From positions 62,001 through 126,000 of the forward strand of contig NIVC01001608.1 in NCBI GenBank assembly GCA_002269645.1: a DNA stretch of 64,000 bases. Direction: 5' to 3'. Below the pieces are notes generated by a model. That model was not told the DNA's origin. It made no database searches and worked only from the letters and a program-made list of their open reading frames with translations. This DNA is from Macrostomum lignano (Eukaryota). The first letter of the stretch is position 1; every line of letters starts with the position of its first letter. Positions 24,601 to 38,400 of this stretch are shown piece by piece. The position numbers and the translations under genes are program-made.

Positions 24601-27600
24601 ACAATCTCCCATAAACCCCATAGACAATCTCCCATAAACCCCATAGACAATCTCCCATAAACCCCATAGACAATCTCCCATAAACCCCATAGACAATCTC
24701 TCATAAACCCCATTGACAATTTCCCATAAACCCCATTGACAATTTCCCATAAACCCCATAGACAATCTCCCATAAACCCCATTGACAATTTCCCATAAAC
24801 CCCATTGACAATTTCCCATAAACCCCATAGACAATCTCCCATAAACCCCATTGACAATTTCCCATAAACCCCATAGACAATCTCCCATAAACCCCATTGA
24901 CAATTTCCCATAAACCCCATTGACAATTTCCCATAAACCCCATTGACAATCTCCCATAAACCCCATTGACAATATCCCATTTCAAGTTTCCAGCAGCTGA
25001 CCAGTGTGACCTATCCCTGTGCCCCTCCCCAACAGGCATCGGACCTGTTCCTGGCTCTGGTGCCCCACTGCGAGTCGCCCAGCACCTGGTTAGACGCTCT
25101 AGTGAAAGGTGTCGACAATGCCTCCGATGGCCATCTGCTGTCCATCCGAGATCATTTCCTGCAGAAGCTGGTCCGCCTCAAACAACCTGAATTTCTTTCG
25201 GCGCTGTGCCAGGCCCAGTATCGCAGTGAGTTCACGACAGTCCAGTTTTCAGTTTTTAATGTACATTTAGATCCATCGCCGCTGAGAATGTACATCGGCT
25301 CAGCTGTATGCTGGAGAAGGCACCAAAAAATGCAATAAAAATTGGGCGGCGGGTTGGGGGTAAAGGTTTGACACGGTCGAATGGTTCAGCTGGGGATGTT
25401 GATGGCCAATTAATTAGTCTTGTCATAAAATACGTTAAAATGCTTCTATATTTAACTTTCTACTGAACGGTGAGTAGCTTAAACGCAAATTTTCCAACTG
25501 AACAATTCTTGTCAACCATAGTATCTGTGGCCGTTAGCTCGTAACAGTATCCTAAATGTCACTGATATTTTCGTGGCGGAATTCATAGCTAAATTTAAAT
25601 ATGGCGAAAAGCACACAAACACACTCGAGAGTCAAAGATCAAAGTTACATCACAAACACATCTCACTGACTCACTGACACTCGAGAGTCAGAGATCAAAG
25701 CTACATCACAAACGCATCTCACTGACTCACTGACACTCGAGAGTCAAAGATCAAAGCTACATCACAAACGCATCTCACTGACTCACTGACACTCGAGAGT
25801 CAAAGATCAAAGCTACATCACAAACGCATCTCACTGACTCACTGACACTCGAGAGTCAAAGATCAAGGCTACATCACAAACACATCTCACTGACTCACTG
25901 ACACTTGAGAGTCAAAGATCAAAGTTACATCACAAACACATCTCACTGACTCACTGACACTCGAGAGTCAGAGATCAAAGCTACATCACAAACACATCTC
26001 ACTGAGTCACTGACACTCGAGAGTCAAAGATCAGAGTTACATCACAAACACATCTCACTGACTCACTGACACTCGAGAGTCAAAGATCAAAGCTACATCA
26101 CAAACACATCTCACTGACTCACTGACACTCGAGAGTCAGAGATCAAAGCTACATCACAAACACATCTCACTGACTCACTGACACTCGAGAGTCAAAGATC
26201 AAAGTTACATCTCAAACACATTTCACTGACTCACTGACACTCGAGAGTCAGAGATCAAAGTTACATCACAAACACATCTCACTGACTCACTGACACTCGA
26301 GAGTCAGAGATCAAAGTTACATCACAAACACATCTCACTGACTCACTGACACTCGAGAGTCAAAGATCAAGGTTACATCACAAACACATCTCACTGACTC
26401 ACTGACACTCGAGAGTCAAAGATCAAAGTTACATCACAAACACATTTCACTGACTCACTGACACTCGAGAGTCAGAGATCAAAGCTACATCACAAACACA
26501 TCTCACTGACTCACTGACACTCGAGAGTCAAAGATCAGAGTTACATCACAAACACATCTCACTGACTCACTGACACTCGAGAGTCAGAGATCAAAGCTAC
26601 ATCACAAACACATCTCACTGACTCACTGACACTCGAGAGTCAAAGATCAGAGTTACATCACAAACACATCTCACTGACTCACTGACACTCGAGAGTCAGA
26701 GATCAAAGCTACATCACAAACACATCTCACTGACTCACTGACACTCGAGAGTCAAAGATCAAAGTTACATCCCAACACATCTCACTGACTCACTGACACT
26801 CGAGAGTCAAATATCAAAGTTACATCACAAACATATTTCACTGACTCACTGACACTCGAGAGTCAAAGATCAAAGTTACATCACAAACACATCTCACTGA
26901 CTCACTGACACTCGAGAGTCAGAGATCAAAGCTACATCACAAACACATCTCACTGACTCACTGACACTCGAGAGTCAAAGATCAAAGTTACATCACAAAC
27001 ACATCTCACTGACTCACTGACACTCTAGAGTCAAAGATCAAAGTTACATCACAAACACATCTCACTGACTCACTGACACTCGAGAGTCAAAGATCAAAGT
27101 TACATCACAAACACATTTCACTGACTCACTGACACTCGAGAGTCAAATATCAAAGCTACATCACAAACACATCTCACTGACTCACTGACACTCGAGAGTC
27201 AAAGATCAAAGTTACATCACAAACACATCTCACTGACTCACTGACACTCGAGAGTCAAAGATCAAAGTTACATCCCAACGCATCTCACTGACTCACTGAC
27301 ACTCTAGAGTCAAAGATCAAAGTTACATCACAAACACATCTCACTGACTCACTGACACTCGAGAGTCAGAGATCAAAGTTACATCACAAACACATCTCAC
27401 TGACTCACTGACACTCGAGAGTCAAAGATCAGAGTTACATCACAAACACATCTCACTGACTCACTGACACTCGAGAGTCAAAGATCAAAGTTACATCACA
27501 AACACATCTCACTGACTCACTGACACTCGAGAGTCAAAGATCAAAGTTACATCACAAACACATCTCACTGACTCACTGACACTCGAGAGTCAAAGATCAA

Positions 27601-30600
27601 AGTTACATCACAAACACATCTCACTGACTCACTGACACTCTAGAGTCAAAGATCAAAGTTACATCACAAACACATTTCACTGACTCACTGACACTCGAGA
27701 GTCAAAGATCAAAGTTACATCACAAACACATTTCACTGACTCACTGACACTCGAGAGTCAAATATCAAAGCTACATCACAAACACATCTCACTGACTCAC
27801 TGACACTCGAGAGTCAAAGATCAAAGTTACATCCCAACGCATCTCACTGACTCACTGACACTCTAGAGTCAAAGATCAAAGTTACATCACAAACACATCT
27901 CACTGACTCACTGACACTCTAGAGTCAAAGATCAAAGTTACATCACAAACACATTTCACTGACTCACTGACACTCGAGAGTCAGAGATCAAAGTTACATC
28001 ACAAACACATCTCACTGACTCACTGACACTCGAGAGTCAAAGATCAGAGTTACATCACAAACACATCTCACTGACTCACTGACACTCGAGAGTCAAAGAT
28101 CAAAGTTACATCACAAACACATCTCACTGACTCACTGACACTCGAGAGTCAAAGATCAAAGTTACATCACAAACACATTTCACTGACTCACTGACACTCT
28201 AGAGTCAAAGATCAAAGTTACATCACAAACACATCTCACTGACTCACTGACACTCGAGAGTCAAAGATCAAAGTTACATCACAAACACATTTCACTGACT
28301 CACTGACACTCGAGAGTCAAATATCAAAGCTACATCACAAACACATCTCACTGACTCACTGACACTCGAGAGTCAAAGATCAAAGCTACATCACAAACAC
28401 ATCTCACTGACTCACTGACACTCGAGAGTCAAAGATCAAGGTTACATAACTTAGGAGTCAGTGACCAGTTGACAACTTTCAAAGGTTGCGAAATAACTGC
28501 CACCATTCTATTTTGAATTTGAACCTGTTGTTCCGTTTGCAGAGCAGCGGCACAGAGCCAGCCGTGTGAAGCTGCTCATACTCAGCGCCGGTTTGAAGCG
28601 AGTTCGACTCGGCGAGAAAGAGTGTGGCATTCTTGCCAGTCTGCTGCGGCCTGCCTGCTTTTGGCTGCACTCTCGGGTAGGTTTGCTCTGCCCGATCTCT
28701 GCTTCGATTCCTCTGCTTCGTGCACGAAGAACTGGCCTTCGGGGGGATGGGGGGAGCTGTACACCCTGTGTGAGCGAGTGTATGTGCGCTTGCATGAGCT
28801 CGGGAGTCAGCGGAACGGGCAGAATTGCCGTCAGAGCTGCTTGTAGGACGACGTCGCCCGCAGCCCTGGGAATATTATATTGCACTGCTTGACAACTAGT
28901 TGTCGCCTTTGCTGTGTCCTCTGCTCTCTCACATCTGATCATCATCTCTTCTCTTCAATGTCTGACATTGTTTTAGTTGTAAACTTGCATATTTACCATA
29001 ATTTGTTTCCTATAGTGGCGTGTTAAATTGGTACATATTGTACATGTAAATCAATTCACTTCCAGACAACCTTGACTGTACAGTGACTCTCTGTCTTCTT
29101 TTTTAGACTAACGGGAAATTGCTGAGATGTCAAGGCTAATGGGCAGAACTGCTGAGATGTCAAAGCTTACGGGGGAATTGCTGAGATGGCAAGGCTTACA
29201 GAGGGGAATTACTGAGATGGCAAGGCTTACAGAGGGGAATTACTGAGATGGCAAGGCTTACAGAGGGGAATTACTGAGATGGCAAGGCTTACAGAGGGGA
29301 ATTACTGAGATGGCAAGGCTTACAGAGGGGAATTACTGAGATGGCAAGGCTTACAGAGGGGAATTACTGAGATGGCAAGGCTTACAGAGGGGAATTACTG
29401 AGATGGCAAGGCTTACAGAGGGGAATTACTGAGATGGCAAGGCTTACAGAGGGGAATTACTGAGATGGCAAGGCTTACAGAGGGGAATTACTGAGATGGC
29501 AAGGCTTACAGAGGGGAATTTCTGAGATGGCAAGGCTTACAGAGGGGAATTTCTGAGATGCCAAAGCTTACGGGGGAATTGCTAAGATGTCAAGGCTGAG
29601 CGGTCAAAAGCTACATGTAGTTTATTAAAAAACTTATTCCATTCTTTGTTTCCTCCCTACCGGGGGCGCCGATTGCCAGTTGTTTTCTAATTGTCCTCTG
29701 GCAAACCTTCTTTGCAGATATCATTTGACGCATTTAATATCTGGTTAAGCACACAGCAGTCAGGCGCCGCGTCCAATACCGATGACAGCTCGCCCAGCGT
29801 TGCTAGGCAGTTACTAAGCAATCAATTCAACTTTTGCAGTGAATTTTTCACCGCCTGGCTTGGCTGCCCTCGCAGCGAAGAGCGGCAACGATTGGCGGCG
29901 ACGTTTCATGCGGTAAAAACCCATTGCAACTACTCGCCATTTGAAATAGAAGTAGTATATTCAATTTTTTATTATAACTTCAGTTTTTAAAGCGAAGCCT
30001 GGCTTGGGTAAAGAGCGGCGTTTTCAATTCCGCGGAAGAAGCGGCGGCCTTCTATACGGTGAGTTGGAATAAACACAGTCTGCTTCAATTTGATTTGTAG
30101 GTGTGTCAATTTTTATCCTAAAGCCGTGCAGTTTCATACGCCAGCTGAGGCGGTTCTGCGGGGTTCTCAGTTTGACAGCGCAGCAGATAGGCGGGGCATT
30201 CTGAGTGATTACCTGTCACTGGTTACCTGGTTTACACCACCTGGTCACTGACATGGCGACAGGATTTGTGATTAAACTCAGATTTAGATGACATTTTGGG
30301 ATAGAGCCAGTAGTATAGATTCGAAATGCCCCCCCCCGCTGAGCAAACGAATAAGTCTCTTGAAAAGGCCATTTTTGTGCCACATGAAATTCCCTAATTA
30401 AGAAAATTGAGGAAGGCAATTATTGGGCTTACAAAGTGCTCACTAGGTTACTTACGAGTAATTAGTAGAATGTAACGAGATGCGTTTCCACCTCAACACT
30501 GTTTAGGATCGCTTGATTCAGCTGTGCCGAACATTGCTCAGTCAACTGCATCCCGGTTGCTCATTTCCTCGACGGAGCAGCATTTTGGAATTGTGCCTGG

Positions 30601-32284
30601 CGGCGCTGCGTTGCGGAATGCGGAGCGGTAACTGCTTGTAGCTGAATAATTGCAGTGCCATTGCGATATGGGATATGCTTGCAGGCAGCCTGTGGAATTG
30701 CTCATGACGTCATAACCATCTGACCACTGGCTTTGTTTGCCTGTCATGTACTTTAAATAGGGTTCGATTTGAAGGCTCCGGAAGATTTATTTAGTAGCCT
30801 ATGAAGTTTCTTTTTTCTAGGCCCTGAAAGCTCATATTACATGTATAGCACCTGAATGTTCCCATTGGAGGCCTTATAGTTCATATTGGAGCCCTAATTG
30901 TTCATCCTGGAGCCCTGAGGGTTCATCCTGGAGCCCTGAGGGTTCATCTTGGAGCCCTGAGATTTCATATTGGAGCCCTAATTGTTCATCCTGGAGCCCT
31001 GAGGGTTCATCTTGGAGCCCTGAGGGTTCATCTTGGAGCCCTGAGGGTTCATCTTGGAGCCCTGAGGGTTCATCTTGGAGCCCTGAGATTTCATATTGGA
31101 GCCCTGAGGGTTCATCTTGGAGCCCTGAGGGTTCATCTTGGAGCCCTGAGGGTTCATCTTGGAGCCCTGAGGGTTCATCTTGGAGCCCTGAGATTTCATA
31201 TTGGAGCCCTGAGGGTTCATCTTGGAGCCCTGAAGTTTCATCTTGGAGCCCTGAGGGTTCATCTTGGAGCCCTAATTGTTCATCCTGGAGCCCTGAAGTT
31301 TCATCTTGGAGCCCTGAGGGTTCATCTTGGAGCCCTGAAGTTTCATCTTGGAGCCCTGAGGGTTCATCTTGGAGCCCTGAGATTTCATCTTGGAGCCCTG
31401 AGGGTTCATCTTGGAGCCCTAATTGTTCATCCTGGAGCCCTGAAGTTTCATCTTGGAGCCCTGAGGGTTCATCTTGGAGCCCTGAGGGTTCATCTTGGAG
31501 CCCTGAAGGTTCATCTTGGAGCCCTGAGGGTTCATCTTGGAGCCCTGAAGGTTCATCCTGGAGCCCTGAAGTTTCATCTTAGAGCCCTGGTGGTTCATAT
31601 TGATTGCAATTGAAGGTTCCCATTAAAGCCCTGAAGGTTCCTATTAAAGCCCTGTAAGGTTCCCATTGGAGCCTTGAAGGTTCCCATTGGAGCCCTGAAG
31701 GTTCCCATTGGAGCCCTGAAGGTTCCCATTGGAGCCCTGAAGGTTCCCATTGGAGCCCTGAAGGTTCATATTGAGCCCCTGAAGGTTCAGTTTTGAAGCT
31801 CTGAAGATTCATATTGAATTCCCTGTAGGTTAGCTGTTCGATTCCCTTAATACTTAATAGACCAGTGATATTCATTGGGTAGTCCGGAAAGTTAATTTCA
31901 TTGGTTTCATTGCATCTTACTGCAATTTTGACAGCCATCGCTAATTTCTCTAGAGGGCAGATCTGCCCTCTCCCGAACCTTAGAAATTCATAAAAAAAAT
32001 CTCTACCTGAAAACAGCGATTCAAATTGGCTGCTGCTTCTTCCAAGTTTTTATTCTGTGTTATCCCACATTTTGCCTTATCATTTTAGACGTCTGCACGG
32101 CCGACTTCGATCCCAGACAGTTGCTAGGCAATTTCAGCGGCGCAGTTGCTGCCCAGATTGCCGACACTTTCGATGCTAATCGGGCTAATGCCGTCCAGCT
32201 GCTGAGCCTCATCATGCAGCCGACTCAGGTGAGTCTTATTTTAAAATAAAAAGCTCTCATAAGCTACTTGCTGCGCACATTTTG

Positions 32285-32377
<93 letters not shown>

Positions 32378-32378
32378 T

Positions 32379-32449
<71 letters not shown>

Positions 32450-32460
32450 TTCTGTCTGTA

Positions 32461-32495
<35 letters not shown>

Positions 32496-35400
32496 GTCTG
32501 TCTGTCTGTCTGTCTGTTTGTGTCTGTCTGTCTATGTGTCTGTCTGTCCGGATCACTCTCACCCGGACCCCTGCCCCGCAGACGGACCTGGCGGCGGCCC
32601 TGGCCAGCTCCGCAGTTTCCATGCACCGCAGCTGGCGGCCGCAGGACGCGCCCACTGCGCACCATCTGTTTGTTGTGCTGACGGAACCGGCTGCGCCCAG
32701 GCAGTGCCGGCTGGCTCTGGCAAAAGCTCTGGGCAAATCTGGTGTAGCTGCTGATGCTTTCGTCGACGATGGGAGTAAAACTCAGCTGGTGGAATGGCTC
32801 ACTGATCAGCTGGAGCAGCAGGTGCGATTCATGCAGAGCCTCACTAATGGGAGAGAGTCCAGTCTAGAATCTCACTAATGAGTCAGAGTCCAGCCTAGAA
32901 TCTCACTAATGAGAGAAAGAGCGTCCAGTCTAGAATCTCACTAATGGGATAGAGTCTAGTCTAGAATCTCACTAATGAGAGAAAAAGAGTCTAGTCTAGA
33001 ATCTCACTAATGAGAGAAAGAGCGTCCAGTCTAGAATCTCACTAATGAGTGAGAGTCCAGCCTAGAATCTCACTAATGGGAGTGAGAGTCCAGTCTAGAA
33101 TCTCACTAATGGGAGTGAGAGTCCAGTCTAGAATCTCACTAATAGCTGAGAGCCTAATCCCGAAACACTCTCAGCAGCATTTCCTAGAAATCGCAGGCGC
33201 GCTGCACCCGCCAACTCGCAGGTTACCGACGCCGAGACCGCCGGCCTTCGCTTTGCCGCCATCCGCTCGCCGATGCACCCGACTCTACACTGCCTGCGCA
33301 GGCTGGCACCATTCTGCAAGGGTTCGTTGTCGCCTCTCCAACTAGCGGAGCGCCTGCTGCTGTTGGCCAAGCGCGCGACCCGCGCCGTCAGCCCTGTGGT
33401 CGCCAGCTCCGCGCCCGAGGGCGGCATCGTTGATGGCGGCGGCGGCAGCGACAGCGGCGGCTTCCCGCTTGGCCCCGGCTTGAGCCTCGAGTCCGGCTGC
33501 TTCGATGCTAACGAAGAGGCGGCTGGGGACCCAGCAGCCAACCTGCCCGAGTTTCTGGTTGTCTGCTGCTGGCGCACCGTCAAGGAGGCCTCCCTTCTGG
33601 TGGCCGAGCTCAGCGAGCGGCACATTCCTGGCGACTGCGGCGCCGAAGGAAGTCAGGAGTTCATTGAGCGGATGGTAGGCAGGCTCATCGATTGATCTTG
33701 GAGGTTAGGGCGAGATCTCGAATCTCGCGAGTCAGGGCGAGATCTCAAATCTTGTCAGTTAGGGCGAGATCTCAAATCTTGTCAGTTAGGGCGAGATCTC
33801 AAATCTTGTCAGTTAGGGCGAGATCTCAAATCTTGTCAGTTAGGGCGAGATCTCAAATCTCAAATTCTGAAATCTCTGTCCAACGGTTTCTTAGTTACAA
33901 AAATGTTTTAAAGAATCTATCCTTCACTGCACCACAACCTTCCTTAGGTGCGGACAATTCACGCCTTCTACAAGGAGTTGTTATTCGACTCGCGTCACCG
34001 CGGCGCATTCGAACTCGCCTACGAAGGCTTCGGCCGTTTTTGCGCCTCCGTCTGGCGCTGCCCGGCCGCGCCTCTCGGCTGCCTGCCCGCCGGCTGGCTG
34101 GCCGAACTCCTGTCCGACTTAGCCGGGCCGCCTGTAGATAGGCTACGCCTCTGCCTGACCCGGCGCTCGGCTGGCCTGCCTTATTACATTTTGGTGAGCT
34201 AGTTGTCGGGATCTATGTTTTTCGACTGTTAAAATTTGCGCGTGTACTTTTAAACAAGTTTGCGTGCACTATTACTCTAGCTAAACCATTTTCGTAGTCT
34301 ACGCACTTGTGTAGAACATGCGCACTTGTGTAATGGTATATCCGCAGTTGTGTAATAGTACATGCGCACTTGCATAAAAGTACATATCTTGCACCCCGAA
34401 CCCGTTCAGGGCATTGTGGCCAGCGAACCGGCCCCGGACAAAAGCGTCGCCCCGGCCGCTCTAAGCAAAGCACTCGATGCCCTCTTAAGCTTGGCAGAAA
34501 CTCGGTCTGGCGAAGACAATGAATTCGTGGTACGGTTTTTATCATTGTTTAGTCTCGGTGGGGCAGAGCAGCTCAACGGTTAGAGTACCCGAGTACCCGA
34601 GTACCCGAGTACCCGAGTACCTGAGAACTAATCATTCGTTCCCATATCTCCCGCCCAGGTGCACGTGTACAACACGCTGCCGGCTCTGTTTGCCGACTCG
34701 CGCGTCGGCCCCGCCACCGGCCAGTGGGTGGCGCCGGCGCTCTGCCGCGCCCTCGACGGATTCGGCGCCAGGAATTGGAGCGTGAGCGGCTGGAGCTGTC
34801 TGTTTTGTGTCTCTTATTTCTGCGGTGGCGGCCTGTTGCTTAGGATAGAAGGCTCCAGGTGTCTTGTCTAATCTTTCTTCATTTCTTTAACGCCCGCATC
34901 TCTGAGCTGCAACGTGGCCGGGGTTCGGTTCCCCGAGAGCAATGCTAGATTAGTTAGTTCGCAGTGGCCGTTGGGGGGGGCGCCTTGGCTGTTGGCCCTC
35001 AAGTCTGTGCTCAGGTGCAGTGACATGTAGCATCCCTTCCCTCTGGCTCCGGGTCGACCTGCAGTCTGCAGCCTCTGCAAACTCAGTTCGTTCCCCACCA
35101 TTTATTAAATACCACCTGCTGGGGAAAAAAACTTCGCTTATATTTATTTCAGCTAATTGCTCAGTTTATGTGGATGTCTCTTCATTTTATATAATAGGAA
35201 TATGCCGTGTTATAAACCTCATTAGCCAGTGCAGCAGCAACTTTTCTTAGTTCTCGCGCCAGGTGTAATTAAAGTTCGTCTAGATTTCTGGATCTTTCTG
35301 CTTTCCTAATTACCGGTGTAATCGGTCATGTACACGGATATGGATCTATGTTGTATGCAAGCCTTTCTAATTGGTGTTTAAGGCATTGTTCCACTGTGTC

Positions 35401-38400
35401 TTTTTTATCTGTACTATTTTCTTTAGCCCTTTGTCTAACACAATTCAAACGTATTTTACTGTGACCTCCTGTATCCTCTTTCTCTCTCCCCTTCATCTGC
35501 AATTCTTTGTTTGTCTGTCTTGCACACACACACTCTCTTCGTCTCTCTTCCCCTCTCCCTTCATCTCTCCCTTCCCTCTACCTAAATCTCTCTCTTCCCC
35601 TCTCCCTTCCCCTCTCCCTTCATCTCTCCCTTCCCTCTACCTAAATCTCTCTCTTCCCCTCTCCCTTCCCCTCTCCCTTCATCTCTCCCTTCCCTCTACC
35701 TAAATCTCTCTCTTCCCCTCTCCCTTCCCCTCTCCTTAATCCCTCCCTTTCCCTCTCTCGTCATGTCTCCCTTCCCATCTCTTCTCCCTTCCCCTCTCCC
35801 TTCATCTCTTTGCTTTCCTTCTGTCTCTGTTCTTGTATTTAAAGAAAGAATGTTTGCCCCAATAATTAAAAGTTATTTGCTAATCGAAATGTTTTAATGC
35901 CCCCACATTATCCTAATTGAGAATCCTGCTCTTAACGCAGGTGAAAGCAACGGCATTCAAGACTGTCTGATGCCCTACAGTCTCCTTAATCCTTTAATCC
36001 CTTCCTTCGCTATTCCGCGTCTCTTCTTACCTGGTTTGCTTGCAAAAGAGCAAAACTGCTACATTTTTCTCTATTTTTATCATTCGAAGAAGCATCATGC
36101 TTGCCCGAATTTTGTGTTATTAAATTTTTTCCTATTGATTGAAGTCCGAAACCGCCACCCCCCCCTCCCCCTGTGCAGATCCGGAACTCCTGCACCCGCC
36201 TATTCAGCTCGCTGTTTGTGCGAATTTTTGGCGTCACCCGTTGCCGCGAGGAGACCAGCAAGAAGAATGTGTGCGTGCCGCCTTGAATGCCTGGCATTGC
36301 TATCATATTTCCAGGCTGATTTATTAGCTTTTCTGTAATAAAACCTCACTCTCTCTCTCTCTCTTTCGGTTAGAATATTTTCACGGATAGGCTTAGCCTT
36401 TTTCGACTTTTTTTTCTGAAGTCACTTCGAGCTCTGATAGTAATATTTATCATAATCCTTCTGTTGACTAACTGTCGTTGTTGCGCGGAATCTCCTCTAC
36501 TTTACCCCGATACCGTGACAAGAATCATTAAAAAGTCATTGCAAACAGCTCACTACTCTAGTGACTCTGGGACCATTCTTGTGAATTTTTAACGACTCAA
36601 ACGCCCAAGAGTCGTTTCAAAGTCTCACACAATAAAACGCTTCAAAGTGACTCTTAGGCGACTCTTTAAAGACTTTTGGAGACTTGTACACCGTGGCATC
36701 TGGTCGTTTTAGAGTCGTCTGGAGTCACTTCTTTTCTATTGCAAGTATTGCTCTAGCTGTTCAAAAATCGCTCTACCTGTCTAAAAATTCCTATAGCTTT
36801 CTAGGAATCGCTCTAACTTTCTAAGAATTGCTCTAGCTTTCTAAGAATCGCTCTAGCTGTAAGAATTACTCTAGCTTTCTAAGAATCGCTCTAGCTTTCT
36901 AAGAATCGCTCTAGCTTTCTAAGAATCGCTCTAGCTGTAAGAATTACTCTAGCTTTCTAAGAATCGCTCTAGCTGTAAGAATTACTCTAGCTTTCTAAGA
37001 AACGCTCTAGTTTTCTAAGAATCGCTCTAGCTTTCTAGGAATCGCTCCAGCTTTCTAAGAATTACTCTAGCTTTCTAAGAATCGCTCTAGCTTTCTAAGA
37101 ATCGCTCTAGCTTCCTAAGAATCGCTCTAGCTTTCTAAGAATCGCTCTAGCTTTCTAAGAATCGCTCTAGCTTTCTAAGAATCGCTCTAGCTTTCTAAGA
37201 ATCGCTCTAGCTGTAAGAATTACTCTAGCTTTCTAAGAATCGCTCTAGTTTTCTAAGAATCGCTCTAGCTTTCTAAGAATCGCTCTAGCTGTAATAATTA
37301 CTCTAGCTTTCTAAGAATCGCTCTAGCTCTAAGAATCGCTCTAGCTTTCTAAGAATCGCTCTAGTTTTCTAATAATCGCTCTAGCTTTCTACAAATCGCT
37401 CTAGCTTTCTGAGAATTACTCTAGCTTTCTAAGAACCGCTCTAGCCTTCTAAGAATCGCTCTAGCTTTCTAAGAATCGCTCTAGCTTTCTAAGAATCGCT
37501 CTAGCTTCCTAAGAATCGCTCTAGCTTTCTAAGAATCGCTCTAGCTTTCTAAGAATCGCTCTAGCTTTCTAAGAATCGCTCTAGCTTTCTAAGAATCGCT
37601 CTAGCTGTAAGAATTACTCTAGCTTTCTAAGAATCGCTCTAGTTTTCTAAGAATCGCTCTAGCTTTCTAAGAATCGCTCTAGCTGTAATAATTACTCTAG
37701 CTTTCTAAGAATCGCTCTAGCTTTCTAAGAATCGCTCTAGTTTTCTAATAATCGCTCTAGCTTTCTACAAATCGCTCTAGCTTTCTACAAATCGCTCTAG
37801 CTTTCTGAGAATTACTCTAGCTTTCTAAGAACCGCTCTAGCCTTCTAAGAATCGCTATAGCTTTCTAAGAATCGCTCTAGCTTTCTAAGAATCGCTCTAG
37901 CTTTCTAAGAATCGCTCTAGCTGTAAGAATTACTCTAGCTTTCTAAGAATTACTCTAGCTTTCTAAGAATCGCTCTAGCTTTCTAAGAATCGCTCTAGCT
38001 TTCTAAGAATCGCTCTAGCTGTAAGAATTACTCTAGCTTTCTAAGAATTACTCTAGCTTTCTAAGAATCGCTCTAGCTTTCTAAGAATCGCTCTAGCTGT
38101 AAGAATTACTCTAGCTTTCTAAGAATCGCTCTAGCTGTAAGAATTACTCTAGTTTTCTAAGAATCGCTCTAGCTTTCTAAGAATCGCTCTAGCTGTAAGA
38201 ATTACTCTAGCTTTCTAAGAATCGCTCTAGCTGTAAGAATTACTCTAGCTTTCTAAGAATCGCTCTAGCTTTCTAAGAATCGCTCTAGCTTTCTAAGAAT
38301 CGCTCTAGCTGTAAGAATTACTCTAGCTTTCTAAGAATCGCTCTAGTTTTCTAAGAATCGCTCTAGCTTTCTAAGAATCGCTCTAGCTGTAATAATTACT

